DNA of 54,992 nt. Source: a virus (taxonomy: Duplodnaviria; Caudoviricetes). Made by a program: the position numbers and the translations under genes. The stretch covers positions 1 through 54,992 of the IMG/VR virus record IMGVR_UViG_3300027586_001442. The stretch is one strand, 5' to 3'. Below are positions 9,037 through 19,116 of the stretch, in pieces. Every line of letters starts with the position of its first letter. The stretch's first letter is position 1. The notes under the pieces are model-generated. The model was given only the letters and a program-made list of their open reading frames with translations, searched no databases and had not been told where the DNA came from.

Positions 9037-12000
9037 CTATTCGTTGTATTCTATTTCAAATTCTATTGATTCATTCTGGGACAAAAAATCAACGGATCCC
9101 TCGCTCCCTCCCATGGAGTTGAGGGCCATGGCCGTGAAGTGAACGTCGGCCTCCGTCCCCGAGAGGATTACGCCCCCTGAGCGGTCCACGGAGTTGAATC
9201 TGTGTCCCGGCACCGGGGGATGCTCCCTTCTAGGAACGTCCAGAACCTTCTTTTCAAACTTATAAACCGAAAAATTCACGCTCTGGCCTGAAATGCCCCA
9301 TTCTTCATGAGGACCGTTCAAAACAAGCGTGGAATCGTTTACGTCCGTTATAGAGTAGTATTTCCCGTCAATTATAACGAGGTAGTTATCCTTTATGTCA
9401 CCGGAATTGACGGACTGCGATGTGTTTCCCGATCCGTTGGACACCGGCAGAGACGCCTCTAGGTCGCCCCCCGCGACAAGGACTATTCCCTCGTAGCCCA
9501 GTCTTCCGACCTTCCTGTCAAGGACTCTCCTGTATGCCTTGGCGGCCTCACCCCCTACGGAACCCCCCTGATAGCCCTCTATGTAGAAGACTTCGCCGTC
9601 TACGCTGCTGAAGGACTTTATTCTGTACCTCTCTGTGGAAGAGTCCCAATTCAAATAGACGTAGTCGTCCGCTCTGAGTCCCTCCACGGCAGAGGGCGAC
9701 ACGACGCTGACCATGCCGTAATTCAATGTCGTCAGGGAGCCCGAAGGCGAGGATTTCATCAAAACGCCGTCCCTGAGGAGCTGCCAGCCGACCACCGCAC
9801 TGGCCGGCGATTCATAGGTCAGAAGCAGAGTTCCGTCCGGAAGCATGTCATACACGATGTATTGCGAACTTGCGTGCCTTGCCCTCCATACGGGAGCGGT
9901 CGCCACCCCAGCCTCCACGTCCCTCATTGTTGATATGTTTAACATTGAAAAATCAGTGTTGGGGTCGTTTAGCATCAGCTGATCTGCTTGCTCTATGTCC
10001 ACGACCATGTCCGCAATTTTGTTTGACACTCTGTACTCGAATGTCGGCCCCACCATCTGTGGGCTTACTGTTCCGGCCATGACCGCCCTGTCTCCGTCTA
10101 TGGATGAAAGGGTTCCGTAGGTCGTGGACGACCCGAGTATCTCCAGCAGATTGCTGTTGTCGAAAGCCCCTGAACCTACTGCCGATGTATTCACGTTCAG
10201 AGCTTCAAATCCCTGGGTCGTACCCCTTCTGTCTCCGTCGGAGAGGAACGATTCGGAGTTGGGGGCAGAGGGGTACAGGCACACCCTCTGATTGCGTATC
10301 GTTCCCGATTCTTCGGCAACGACCTCGAAATCGGCCAGAAGATTTCTTTTGACATTTAACATCTGGTCTCTGTCCATGTTCCTGCTGAATATGTTCTGCG
10401 CCTCTCCGGCAAGCGTGTATTCGTCTCCGAAGAAAGAAAGAAGAGTCTCTATTGTTTCAGTGGCGGGCTCAACAAACTCGTTCATGCCCCCGCTCACATT
10501 GAATGCGTGGACAACTGCATGGAAAGGCATGTACTCCTCCGTTATTTGCCTCGCCTCATTGAAGCTATCGTCGCTGAAGGCCTCCGCCTCAAGGTCAAGC
10601 GAAAACTTGCTGCTCTGGCACCTTCCGCACGAGTCCACAAACTCCTTGTCTATGTCGCACGGAATCAGGCTTTCCCTCTTGGATCCGTTGTATTCATCCA
10701 TGTTGTACGCGTTTTCGCTGTAAGGGAATTCGGTTCTGATCCTCCCCCATATCGTGGGATCAGCAAGCGGGTGGCGTACGGGGACGATGACATCGAACAT
10801 TGGATCGTCCTCCTCCAGGAGGTGGACGTTCCAATTTTTCGTGGGATATTCCTGGGCCCTCTCGTCCCGGTCGTCCATCAGCGGCAGACTTCTTATGTAA
10901 TTCTCATTGCTCTGCTGACCGGCGGGCATTGGAGCCGTCTTGTAGATAACTCTTATGGAATCCCCTTCTTCTAGAGCCGGACCGACCCATGTCACCTGCC
11001 CCTGGCTCCACTGGGCATTTGAGGCATTTGCTTCCGACCATGACTCTTGGTTTTTGTTTCTGCGCCACACCTTGAAATTGGAATCGGTCGGAAGCAGCGC
11101 GGTTTTGGAGAGATCAAAAACATTAGAGCCGGCGAAGTCAAAATGTTCCTGGCGGGTGTAGTCCGAGACCACCTGCCACATACGCGTCAGCTTCAGAAAC
11201 TTCATTCCTATGTCGCCCAGAGCCTCCTTCAGTCCCGATACGCTCCCCTTCTTCTTGAAGTTCGGGATGGCCTTCTTTATCTGCCTCCTCCACAATGTGG
11301 GATCGGACGATTTGAGTCGGAGATTGAAGAAGTTTGAAAGCAAGGGAAGGAACTGCTCATGGATTGCGTTCGCGTCCAGCAAGTCTATTATCTGGTTCGC
11401 CATGTTCTCCAAGGAGGTAAATCCGGCGGCGACGGATTCGTTTAGTCCCTTGATGACAACCGGACTTATGTCAGCCTCGGACAGGAAAGTCTTGAACATC
11501 TCCGGCAGATAGCGATCCATTAGTATTTCGTACTTGTTCGGTCGCGTGACATGGGTGGGTATGCTGGCGGTGAGCGAGCCATTTCCCTCAAGCGAAAAGC
11601 CGATGTGGGCGGACAGAACATCCCCGGCTAGATTTGGCATCCACGACCAGCAGACGAAGTAGTCGCCCTCCCTGCATTCCGCCGGATTCCATTCTAGGAC
11701 GAACTTGCCCTCGACTAACTCCCCGTCTTCCTCATGCTGAAACAGCATGTTGTCCGAGATCACCTTTGATCTTAGTTCTGGCGGAACCATGTCCGGGTTA
11801 AGCCAGGCCGGATATAGTTCTCCGGTTTCGGCATCTACGGAACCCCCAAAAACCTTCACAGGAACAGCATCCTTGTAGAAGAAATTGGAACTGAACTTTG
11901 ATTGCTCTATCTGGTTTTTCAGGGATGCAAGGAGGCTGGCCGAGTTATCGTCCGGGGAAGCCGGCGTCCCGTTCTCCGAGAATTTGATGAAAACAAGCGG

Positions 12001-12525
12001 CGTGGCTCCAAGGGTCACATCGGACTCCGCCTGAAGCATCCAGCCCGACCCTATGTTCTGTATGCCCTCGTCCACAAAGAGATACATCCCAGAGACGAAT
12101 TGCGAGGATTCGGATGTGTCGTCGGAACGGCTCCAGACGCCATTTTTTACCAAATATATCCCGTTCTCGGCCTTATTCGTCTGACCCTTCACCAGCGCCC
12201 TGTCCCCTTCCGAGAGACTTATTCCATCTATTGTCTGAAGTCCCGACAAGGTCGTTTGCGAGTTTGTCGCGACCCTGACATTGTTCTTGAACCGGAGGCA
12301 AAGGGATTTTTTGACCTGCTCGTACCTTTCCAGAAGGTCTTTCCTTTGGAAGTCTTTCTGATATTCAGAAACCGATGTGTCGGTGAACTCCCTGGAGACG
12401 AAATATACGGTCACGCTCGCGATCTGGTAGGGCGTGTGCAGACAGTCTCTTCCGTCCCTTGTTTCAAGGACAAATTTCAGATCGTCTGCTATCGTTATGT
12501 CTTTGTCTGTTCCTACTGTTTTCAT
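9037..12525 (-). CDS. Baseplate wedge protein with P2 gpI-like domain (gp7 equivalent)
   Basis: LLDANAIHEQFLPLLSNFF...WRRQIKKAIPNFKKKGSVSGLKEAL is Tail_P2_I-like; also carries a VRVAT...LSGLQTIDG...GDR.LVK.QT...ENGIY fibre module. Confidence 0.75.
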   Translation of the reverse strand: MKTVGTDKDITIADDLKFVLETRDGRDCLHTPYQIASVTVYFVSREFTDTSVSEYQKDFQRKDLLERYEQVKKSLCLRFKNNVRVATNSQTTLSGLQTIDGISLSEGDRALVKGQTNKAENGIYLVKNGVWSRSDDTSESSQFVSGMYLFVDEGIQNIGSGWMLQAESDVTLGATPLVFIKFSENGTPASPDDNSASLLASLKNQIEQSKFSSNFFYKDAVPVKVFGGSVDAETGELYPAWLNPDMVPPELRSKVISDNMLFQHEEDGELVEGKFVLEWNPAECREGDYFVCWSWMPNLAGDVLSAHIGFSLEGNGSLTASIPTHVTRPNKYEILMDRYLPEMFKTFLSEADISPVVIKGLNESVAAGFTSLENMANQIIDLLDANAIHEQFLPLLSNFFNLRLKSSDPTLWRRQIKKAIPNFKKKGSVSGLKEALGDIGMKFLKLTRMWQVVSDYTRQEHFDFAGSNVFDLSKTALLPTDSNFKVWRRNKNQESWSEANASNAQWSQGQVTWVGPALEEGDSIRVIYKTAPMPAGQQSNENYIRSLPLMDDRDERAQEYPTKNWNVHLLEEDDPMFDVIVPVRHPLADPTIWGRIRTEFPYSENAYNMDEYNGSKRESLIPCDIDKEFVDSCGRCQSSKFSLDLEAEAFSDDSFNEARQITEEYMPFHAVVHAFNVSGGMNEFVEPATETIETLLSFFGDEYTLAGEAQNIFSRNMDRDQMLNVKRNLLADFEVVAEESGTIRNQRVCLYPSAPNSESFLSDGDRRGTTQGFEALNVNTSAVGSGAFDNSNLLEILGSSTTYGTLSSIDGDRAVMAGTVSPQMVGPTFEYRVSNKIADMVVDIEQADQLMLNDPNTDFSMLNISTMRDVEAGVATAPVWRARHASSQYIVYDMLPDGTLLLTYESPASAVVGWQLLRDGVLMKSSPSGSLTTLNYGMVSVVSPSAVEGLRADDYVYLNWDSSTERYRIKSFSSVDGEVFYIEGYQGGSVGGEAAKAYRRVLDRKVGRLGYEGIVLVAGGDLEASLPVSNGSGNTSQSVNSGDIKDNYLVIIDGKYYSITDVNDSTLVLNGPHEEWGISGQSVNFSVYKFEKKVLDVPRREHPPVPGHRFNSVDRSGGVILSGTEADVHFTAMALNSMGGSEGSVDFLSQNESIEFEIEYNE

Positions 12526-12528
12526 TTT

Positions 12529-14103
12529 TTACTCGTACATGAACGCTATTTCCACCTGACCCGGCCTTATTATTTGAAAGAACTTGGTTCTGACGGCGGA
12601 TCCTGAATTGTCAGAATCGTCGGTGGTGAATACGATGTCGAATCCGTCCGCCTGCTTCACCGAGGCAAGAACCTTGATCAGGTCGCTGTCCCTCAACTCC
12701 TGTCCATATTCCCAGTTGGACAGCAGGAAGAATTCCTCCACTTTTCCCGATATGGAAGTTCTTATCTCCTGCTCGAATTTCTTGTTTATCCTGGACAGCG
12801 TCACTTCTATGCTGACGTCCGACTCTATGACGGTTCCATCCTTTATGCAGATGTAGTCGGTTATCATCTTCTTCAATTCTAGCATCTCCGCCAGTTCGGC
12901 CTTGAGACTGTCGTTGGCCTCCTGGAGTCCGTTGCTTCCGTCCCTGGCAAGTATGTATATGTCCACGACGTTGCCCGCACAGCCATGGTTTCTCAGGGCC
13001 GCGGTGGACTTGCCTATCTGGCCGTGATAGGGCGTCACGAACTGATCGGTGAGGTGCTTGTAGTCAAGACCCGTCACCGCCCTGTCCTGGGTCCTGAGAT
13101 AGGACGGAAGTTTTCTTCTTATGTCCTCTATGTTGTCGCCGTTGTATCCGAAGTCGCCCTTTGTATAGTTCTTGAAGGTGACCGGTACGTTGGAGCTTAT
13201 GCCGAAGATCGGAACCTGGCTCTGGTACTCCACGTAGCCAGTCACTATGTTGCCCCTCGTCCCTCCTCCCGTCCTTGCCCTGACTTCTATCTGGGCCCCC
13301 AGCGCAGGGCTCAGTCCCGCCCTGTTGTTTCCGAACATGATGTAGGCCCCGTAGGAGGAGTCAAACTCCACCCGGTACTCCCTCCTCGGCTGGGAGTCGC
13401 TGAAGTAGTCCACGCGTTCCCATAGTATTCCGTCAACCCTGACGCTTATTGAATCGTAAATGACCGGGGACTTGGAGGTGACCACGGACTGCAATGTCTG
13501 TCCCGTCCCCGTGAAGTTGTCCGTGAAAGTCCGCCCCTCCAGCCCCACTATTGATGAGTTGACAGTCATCCCCGAAGGTATGATTATGTCCTGGTCAAAC
13601 ACGGGGTTGTTCTTTGAGTCGGCGGGGAACAACTCTATACCTATCAGCCCATCCTCCGTCGCTATATCTATAGAAACCGGAGCATCTATCGTCAGATCAA
13701 GAGAGAGGGGGGCGTTTATCGTCGCCGTCCACCTGGAACTTGCTGGGATTGGGGGCGTGGGCTTGAACCCCACGAGCTGGCATATCCTGAATGCGTTGTC
13801 CGGCTCCGCGACCGTGTCTATGAAGAGTTCATTGACCATCTGATCCATCTTGAAGGACAGCGTGTCCGCTATGAACGCCCAGTTCTCCATGAGCATTATC
13901 GCTATGGACCCCTCCACCAGGTCGTTGAAGGTGTTGGGCAGTACGGTTCCGTTGTCGCCAAATCTCTCTTGTATGAACTGAACAAGCCTGGTCTTCATCG
14001 ACCAGAAGTCCTGGTTGGTGTAGTTCAGATTTAATATCTTTTCGTTTTTTATCGTATTGGAATTTGCGTACGGCTTTATTTCAAAAGGGCAGTTGTTCTG
14101 CAT
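12529..14103 (-). CDS. Baseplate wedge subunit (T4 gp6 / baseplate J-like)
   Basis: NYTNQDF...IADTLSFKMDQMVNELFIDT...FGNNRAG...GGGTRGN...QDRAVTGLDY. Confidence 0.9.
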   Translation of the reverse strand: MQNNCPFEIKPYANSNTIKNEKILNLNYTNQDFWSMKTRLVQFIQERFGDNGTVLPNTFNDLVEGSIAIMLMENWAFIADTLSFKMDQMVNELFIDTVAEPDNAFRICQLVGFKPTPPIPASSRWTATINAPLSLDLTIDAPVSIDIATEDGLIGIELFPADSKNNPVFDQDIIIPSGMTVNSSIVGLEGRTFTDNFTGTGQTLQSVVTSKSPVIYDSISVRVDGILWERVDYFSDSQPRREYRVEFDSSYGAYIMFGNNRAGLSPALGAQIEVRARTGGGTRGNIVTGYVEYQSQVPIFGISSNVPVTFKNYTKGDFGYNGDNIEDIRRKLPSYLRTQDRAVTGLDYKHLTDQFVTPYHGQIGKSTAALRNHGCAGNVVDIYILARDGSNGLQEANDSLKAELAEMLELKKMITDYICIKDGTVIESDVSIEVTLSRINKKFEQEIRTSISGKVEEFFLLSNWEYGQELRDSDLIKVLASVKQADGFDIVFTTDDSDNSGSAVRTKFFQIIRPGQVEIAFMYE

Positions 14104-14104
14104 T

Positions 14105-14527
14105 TCATCCTCCGAGGGGAACCTCTAACTTGAGTTCTTGAACCTGCTGTATGTTGTCAAAATCTGTGAATAGTATCCTTATGAGCAGTATGTGACCGAT
14201 GTCTTCCTTCTTGTCGGCGGGGTTCAGCGACTGTTCCATGGAGTCCTCCGAGTTGGTCACCTCTATCTGTGACACCGCTATCCTCGGTTCCCACATCTTT
14301 ATAGAGTTAGCAATCGTGTCTTTTACGGCATCCACGAGCGAGGAGGTGTTCGGCTCAAACAGGAACTTCTTGAGGGGGGTGCCGAATTCCGGAAGCATGA
14401 CCCGCTCCCCCGGCTCCGTCAGAAGAAGCACCAGGAGATCCGATTTGACCTGGTTCATCCCCCTCTGCGTTCTTAGCATGCCTAGCGGGTGTCTACTTAT
14501 TGGGTATGGAGCTCCTAGAAAGTTCAT
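14105..14527 (-). CDS. Baseplate gp25/GPW family protein
   Basis: LLLTEPGERVMLPEFGTPLKKFLFEP...WEPRI signature. Confidence 0.95.
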   Translation of the reverse strand: MNFLGAPYPISRHPLGMLRTQRGMNQVKSDLLVLLLTEPGERVMLPEFGTPLKKFLFEPNTSSLVDAVKDTIANSIKMWEPRIAVSQIEVTNSEDSMEQSLNPADKKEDIGHILLIRILFTDFDNIQQVQELKLEVPLGG

Positions 14528-14529
14528 TT

Positions 14530-16728
14530 TTATCCTTCAACCGGGTCTAACCGCCCTGCGGCGTTGGGCTCGAATCCCGAAGTGTATTCAGACGGCTGGC
14601 AGTTAATTCCTCCGCACTTGGTATACGGATTTAGGTTAAACATTGAAATGCACGGAGCCTCCTGGGATGCCGAGGCGAACACCCTGTCGCTGGCCACCAA
14701 CCTGCCGATCTTCGTCTTGGGATCGCCCAAGAGTACGGCCACTGGCCCCACGCACGGCCCGCACTCTTGATTGGGAGAATCGGGAGGGGGAGGACAGTCC
14801 TTTCCGGCCATAAGAAGTATTATCTTGTCGGCCAGGAACGCAGCTATCTCGGACTTGTTGAAATAGAAATTGCACGACCAGTGGACGGAGTGCTTGGAAA
14901 CCGCCGTAAACCAGTTTCTAGGGCCGAGACACCCCCCTTTACAGAAGTCGTCCTTGGGCGTGGTTTCGCCGACTCCCACCACCGTGATGTGGTCTCCTTC
15001 GGTCATGCACATGTAATCGCCTCCTGCTCTTACAAAGATGTAACCGCAGTTCATACTTTCCTGCATCCTGATGAAATGGGGCCCGCAGCACGCTCCCTCG
15101 GCGTCATCCTGCCCCTTTTGGGGAGCTGTTATTTGTATGTACTGCGTCTGGCAGTTCCTCTGGCTGTTGTCATCGGCCATCATCATTTCAAGACCATATC
15201 CCGTCCTTATTCTGATGAAGGCGTCCGTCGCTTTGTTTGTAGGCATTCCGCCTTCTCGACGATTGAGACTGCACTGGTCGTTGTTCTCGTCGACCATCTG
15301 AATCATGTGATTGGAGGTGCTGTGGAGTTCTATTCCCCTTCTCGGTCCGGCCCTGCACGACTTTCCCTTGGTGTCGTCGTTCATCTCAAACCGGTTGCCC
15401 GTGGCGGTGAGTATTCTGATGAAGTTCTCGGCGCTTCTTCCTTTGGGAGTTGCATCCGGCTCCACATCGCTCATCATCATCTGATGGCCGTGAGCGGACT
15501 TCCACACCGACTTGCCCTTGAAAACCTCGTCGCATCCGTAGTCAAACGGCTGCATGCCCTTCTCCCAGTTGTTCTTTCCCCTCGGCTCCATTACCGAATC
15601 ATCCATCCAGAAGGTGTGCCCGCTCAATGATGTCATCTGGATGCCGGACTGGGGCAGCGTGGTCTTGTCTACCTTGTTGTTTTGGGGATTGCCTGGTCCC
15701 GAATAGGGCCGGCATTCGCTGCGGTGTTTGAAGTAGGGGTTAGAACACTGCCCGGCCGCACTCCCGCTCTTGCTGACCTGCTCGTTTGCCTTCCCACTGC
15801 CGATCATCATGACTGCAGGAGCAACGGGCGTGTTGTCCCCCTGTGCCTGCGTCGGGCAGTTCTCCACCTTCTCTATTGGCTCGTCGCCCTCGTTGCACTT
15901 GCTCAGGTCGCCGCTTCCGCACCCGCAGTCGGGATTAGCCCATTGCGCCGACGGGTGAACCCTGTCGTCCTTGAATATCAGGTGGTTTCCTTGTGCCGAT
16001 TTCAGTTCCATCCTCTGCCAGCGGAAATTGCACTTGTAGTTTCCGTCAACCATCTTGATCATGTGCTTCTGGGGCGTCTTCCATCCGTAGATGTTCGGAT
16101 AGGTTATCTTGTTTCTTGCCTCGGGATCGTTTTCGAATTCGCTTATGGAATCAATGTCGTACCCGTTGTAGTTTTCCGTGTTCCATGGAGGAAAGACCTG
16201 TGTTTCGTCCTTGCCTACAAGATATCCCCCTCTGTGGCCCCTGTGTATCTTCTCGTATTCAGGAACAGGATAGTTCCACCCGCCCGTTCTGTCCCTGTCC
16301 CATGTGGTTCCCAGGTAATAAGGCCACTGCCTGTTGCCGGCCTCAAATATAAGACAGAGCTTGGAACCTGCCGGCGGAACCCAGGTGCATCCGCAGTCGT
16401 CGAATCCGCCCTGGCTGGAGATGGGATAGGCCCAAGGTAGCGACTTGACCGCAGCCTCTTTCATGTGCTGCAAGGGACTGAAATACCTCACTCTGCCCTG
16501 CTTCCATGGATCTATGGTTTCTATGCATATGGCTGTGTGCATTCCGTATATTGTTTCTTGTTGGGCGGGCGTTCTCCAACTTGTCTTGATTTCGCTTTTT
16601 ACAAGACCCTTTATGGAATAACCCATCTCGGAAAAACGCTCTTCTACCTGAGCAAGTCTCTGCTCAAGAATCTGGAGATTTTCGGGTATGGATCCATTTA
16701 ATGATGTTCTTATCGTGTTTTCTGCCAT
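14530..16728 (-). CDS. Baseplate central spike (gp5/VgrG-like OB fold), Cys-rich
   Basis: DPWKQGRVR...LPWAYP...VPPAGS..LIFEAGNRQWPYYLG OB fold, followed by repeated S.SGH....DD beta-strand motifs. Confidence 0.85.
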   Translation of the reverse strand: MAENTIRTSLNGSIPENLQILEQRLAQVEERFSEMGYSIKGLVKSEIKTSWRTPAQQETIYGMHTAICIETIDPWKQGRVRYFSPLQHMKEAAVKSLPWAYPISSQGGFDDCGCTWVPPAGSKLCLIFEAGNRQWPYYLGTTWDRDRTGGWNYPVPEYEKIHRGHRGGYLVGKDETQVFPPWNTENYNGYDIDSISEFENDPEARNKITYPNIYGWKTPQKHMIKMVDGNYKCNFRWQRMELKSAQGNHLIFKDDRVHPSAQWANPDCGCGSGDLSKCNEGDEPIEKVENCPTQAQGDNTPVAPAVMMIGSGKANEQVSKSGSAAGQCSNPYFKHRSECRPYSGPGNPQNNKVDKTTLPQSGIQMTSLSGHTFWMDDSVMEPRGKNNWEKGMQPFDYGCDEVFKGKSVWKSAHGHQMMMSDVEPDATPKGRSAENFIRILTATGNRFEMNDDTKGKSCRAGPRRGIELHSTSNHMIQMVDENNDQCSLNRREGGMPTNKATDAFIRIRTGYGLEMMMADDNSQRNCQTQYIQITAPQKGQDDAEGACCGPHFIRMQESMNCGYIFVRAGGDYMCMTEGDHITVVGVGETTPKDDFCKGGCLGPRNWFTAVSKHSVHWSCNFYFNKSEIAAFLADKIILLMAGKDCPPPPDSPNQECGPCVGPVAVLLGDPKTKIGRLVASDRVFASASQEAPCISMFNLNPYTKCGGINCQPSEYTSGFEPNAAGRLDPVEG

Positions 16729-16732
16729 TTTT

Positions 16733-16740
16733 TATTTATA
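16733..16740 (-). promoter_or_regulatory. T4-type late promoter TATAAATA
   Basis: Exact TATAAATA on the minus strand, 4 nt before the spike ATG (16728). Confidence 0.55.
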
Positions 16741-16743
16741 TTG

Positions 16744-18249
16744 TTATGGGCAAGTATTCTTTACCGTGGCTCCCTTACTTCCTGCTCCGCCCAAGGGATA
16801 CTTCTTCCTTAAGTTAGTGCCGGGATCAGCTAACATTAATTTTAAAGTTGTGGTATAGGAGCCTTCTTTTATGGAATGATTAACGCCCTTGGCTTGCCAA
16901 TTTTTATTGCTTAAAATCTCGTTACACCCAGGCTCTGCAAGCCAGTCGCCGCAACCACCGTTGCCACTCCCCTTTATTCTGAATGGATTTATTGCGACGA
17001 GAGAGACTGTATTTCCGCCCATCGGTTGGCAGAATTGCGCCCTTGGATCTCCTAGGATCACAAGATCCGCCTCTATCGCATCAATGTTGATGTCTGTGAG
17101 TCTGGACGCTTGCGTGTGAGCTTGTTGCGAACGCATTGTCTCAGTAAATGCATTTTTGGGCCCGTAGGCATCCCAAGCCTGTTGGGATATGGTAACCTGC
17201 TGTTGCAAACCCGCCGTTGAACCATGGTCTTTTTCTTGGTCTTCAATCTTCTCGTCTTCTTGAAATTTGTTGTTCGTGCTTGCCGGGCCCGATGTGCCAC
17301 CACCGGCACTAAACCCCGCGGCTGCCTTGAGCCAATTGAAAGTCGGATTGAATTCTATTACTGTGCTGCACTTCCCGCCGTTTACGATATAAGTTCCCAA
17401 TGATTTCCCGGTGCAGGCCGTTGATTCGTCCGGTCCCGTTGGATTCTCCAACAAAAGAAGCTCATCATATTCGGTCGGGGCAAATATAGGCAATATTCCC
17501 TTTCCATTTTCAGACCCGTCGTCTATTCTGAAACATTCCATCCACTTTGTTATAGATGCCACCCTATTTTGGTTATCTCCTTGCCATGTGGACTTTGGCC
17601 CTCCTTTGCCGAACTTTTTCCATTTGAACTTCACATCCTTAAGGGATCCGTCCTTTTGCCTCTGCACATATCTCACTCTCGTCGCGGGAGGCAGAGAACA
17701 AAGGTTTTCAATAGCCTCTTCTATGTTTATTTTTTTGTCATCTTCTCCTTTGGTGTTGTCTTCCCTCATGTCCTCATAGATGGGGGAATTTGCAGTTGCA
17801 TCTATTCTGTACTTTATCTTTCCCTGACTGTAACTCATTTCTAGGTTTATAATCTGATGTTTGAACTTCAAAGACGATATTTTTCTTTTGCTTCCTTCAC
17901 ATGTCGTGACAATCCATCCAAATTGGCTTACTAATTCTGTTCCTTTTCCTATAGAAGGCATGCATTTTCTTATAGAGTCAACTATGGCTCCCATTCTTCC
18001 GCCGTCCTCGTCCACTATTTCAACTGTGACTTTGGGCGTATCCACCCACCCCACTTCGTAGGACTTTACGCAGGCTGTGTTTGGATTCGCCGAAAAAGAT
18101 TTATTGCCAACCGTAATTTCCTTTCCGTCTACGCCCAATGTCACCCAGACCCAAGGGGCGAAACTCTCCGCTTGTTCGCCCGCCGGACCAGGGAGAACCA
18201 AAGAGCCACACAAATATTCAGATATACATCCAGCAAGACAATTAGGCAT
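16744..18249 (-). CDS. Baseplate hub-like protein (gp27/late control D position)
   Basis: Synteny between LysM and spike; C-terminal LVILGDP...W..KGVNHSI..GSYTTTLKL is typical of hub proteins. Confidence 0.65.
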   Translation of the reverse strand: MPNCLAGCISEYLCGSLVLPGPAGEQAESFAPWVWVTLGVDGKEITVGNKSFSANPNTACVKSYEVGWVDTPKVTVEIVDEDGGRMGAIVDSIRKCMPSIGKGTELVSQFGWIVTTCEGSKRKISSLKFKHQIINLEMSYSQGKIKYRIDATANSPIYEDMREDNTKGEDDKKINIEEAIENLCSLPPATRVRYVQRQKDGSLKDVKFKWKKFGKGGPKSTWQGDNQNRVASITKWMECFRIDDGSENGKGILPIFAPTEYDELLLLENPTGPDESTACTGKSLGTYIVNGGKCSTVIEFNPTFNWLKAAAGFSAGGGTSGPASTNNKFQEDEKIEDQEKDHGSTAGLQQQVTISQQAWDAYGPKNAFTETMRSQQAHTQASRLTDINIDAIEADLVILGDPRAQFCQPMGGNTVSLVAINPFRIKGSGNGGCGDWLAEPGCNEILSNKNWQAKGVNHSIKEGSYTTTLKLMLADPGTNLRKKYPLGGAGSKGATVKNTCP

Positions 18250-18568
18250 AAGCGTTCTCCGGTAGTATTATTGTTTTTCCCGCTTTAAAGTCAAAAATAT
18301 CATTCATCTTGTTTGCTTCTAAAATCTTCCACCAGAAGTCTGGAATTCCGTATTTTTCTTTTGACACCAAGTCTGGCCTGTATTCCATTCCAGCAGGTAT
18401 GACCGCGACCTGATCATTTTTTGACTCCTTGAATTCAGGTCTCTTGTATGTTTCAAAAGTCAATATCTTTTCGTCGGAATAATATATGACTCTGCTTGAA
18501 GCATATCTGCTTACCCTGGTCACAAAGTCGGTCGCGCTAAGATCTGTATATTCTATTTTATTAGCCAT
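18242..18568 (-). CDS. LysM-like baseplate wedge protein (gp53-like)
   Basis: YRPDLVSKEKYGIPDFWWKILEAN...DF..GKTIILP. Confidence 0.85.
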   Translation of the reverse strand: MANKIEYTDLSATDFVTRVSRYASSRVIYYSDEKILTFETYKRPEFKESKNDQVAVIPAGMEYRPDLVSKEKYGIPDFWWKILEANKMNDIFDFKAGKTIILPENAYA

Positions 18569-18569
18569 T

Positions 18570-19115
18570 TTATTTGCCTAGTTTATATATCCTTGACTGC
18601 CCCGGCAGGTCAGCGCTTTTGTAGACAACGTCCCAAGTCGTGTCTATGTCAAACTTAAATGGAGTAAATGTGTTTTCATCCCACGAAACCTCCGTTGGAA
18701 ATTTCACGGTATAACTCTTGAGTATAACGCACAAGTCTCCATCCGCAGACAAAAGTTGCCCGCATTTCATGCGACATATGGGGGGAGGAACAAACGGGGC
18801 TCCATCGGCTCCGTCCCTCGGATATGTCGCACTCTGAACGGCCCGCAAAGCTCTGAGGTTGTATTCCACGTCAGAAGGCTTCGAAACAATAAGATGAATC
18901 TGAAAGCTTATCGTTCTGTTGTCTGATTGCGAATATGTCTTCAAAGGAGAAGCTCGTCCTATGACGGTTTCGTCGTTGTACGAGGCTGTTTTTGAGTCCG
19001 TTATGTCGGGTAGATTATTTAGGACAAGCTTGAATTCCTCTCCTTCGTTCGGAATCACTATGTAACATTTTTCTATCGGTACTAAGGTACCGCCGGGAAT
19101 GGTGGCTGCAGGCAT
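18570..19115 (-). CDS. Tail tube initiator (gp48/54 or CIS tube-like)
   Basis: ITDSKTASYNDETVIGRASPLKTYSQSDNRTISF...PPPICRM..G...ILKSYTV; sits between the tape measure and LysM genes. Confidence 0.7.
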   Translation of the reverse strand: MPAATIPGGTLVPIEKCYIVIPNEGEEFKLVLNNLPDITDSKTASYNDETVIGRASPLKTYSQSDNRTISFQIHLIVSKPSDVEYNLRALRAVQSATYPRDGADGAPFVPPPICRMKCGQLLSADGDLCVILKSYTVKFPTEVSWDENTFTPFKFDIDTTWDVVYKSADLPGQSRIYKLGK

Positions 19116-19116
19116 A

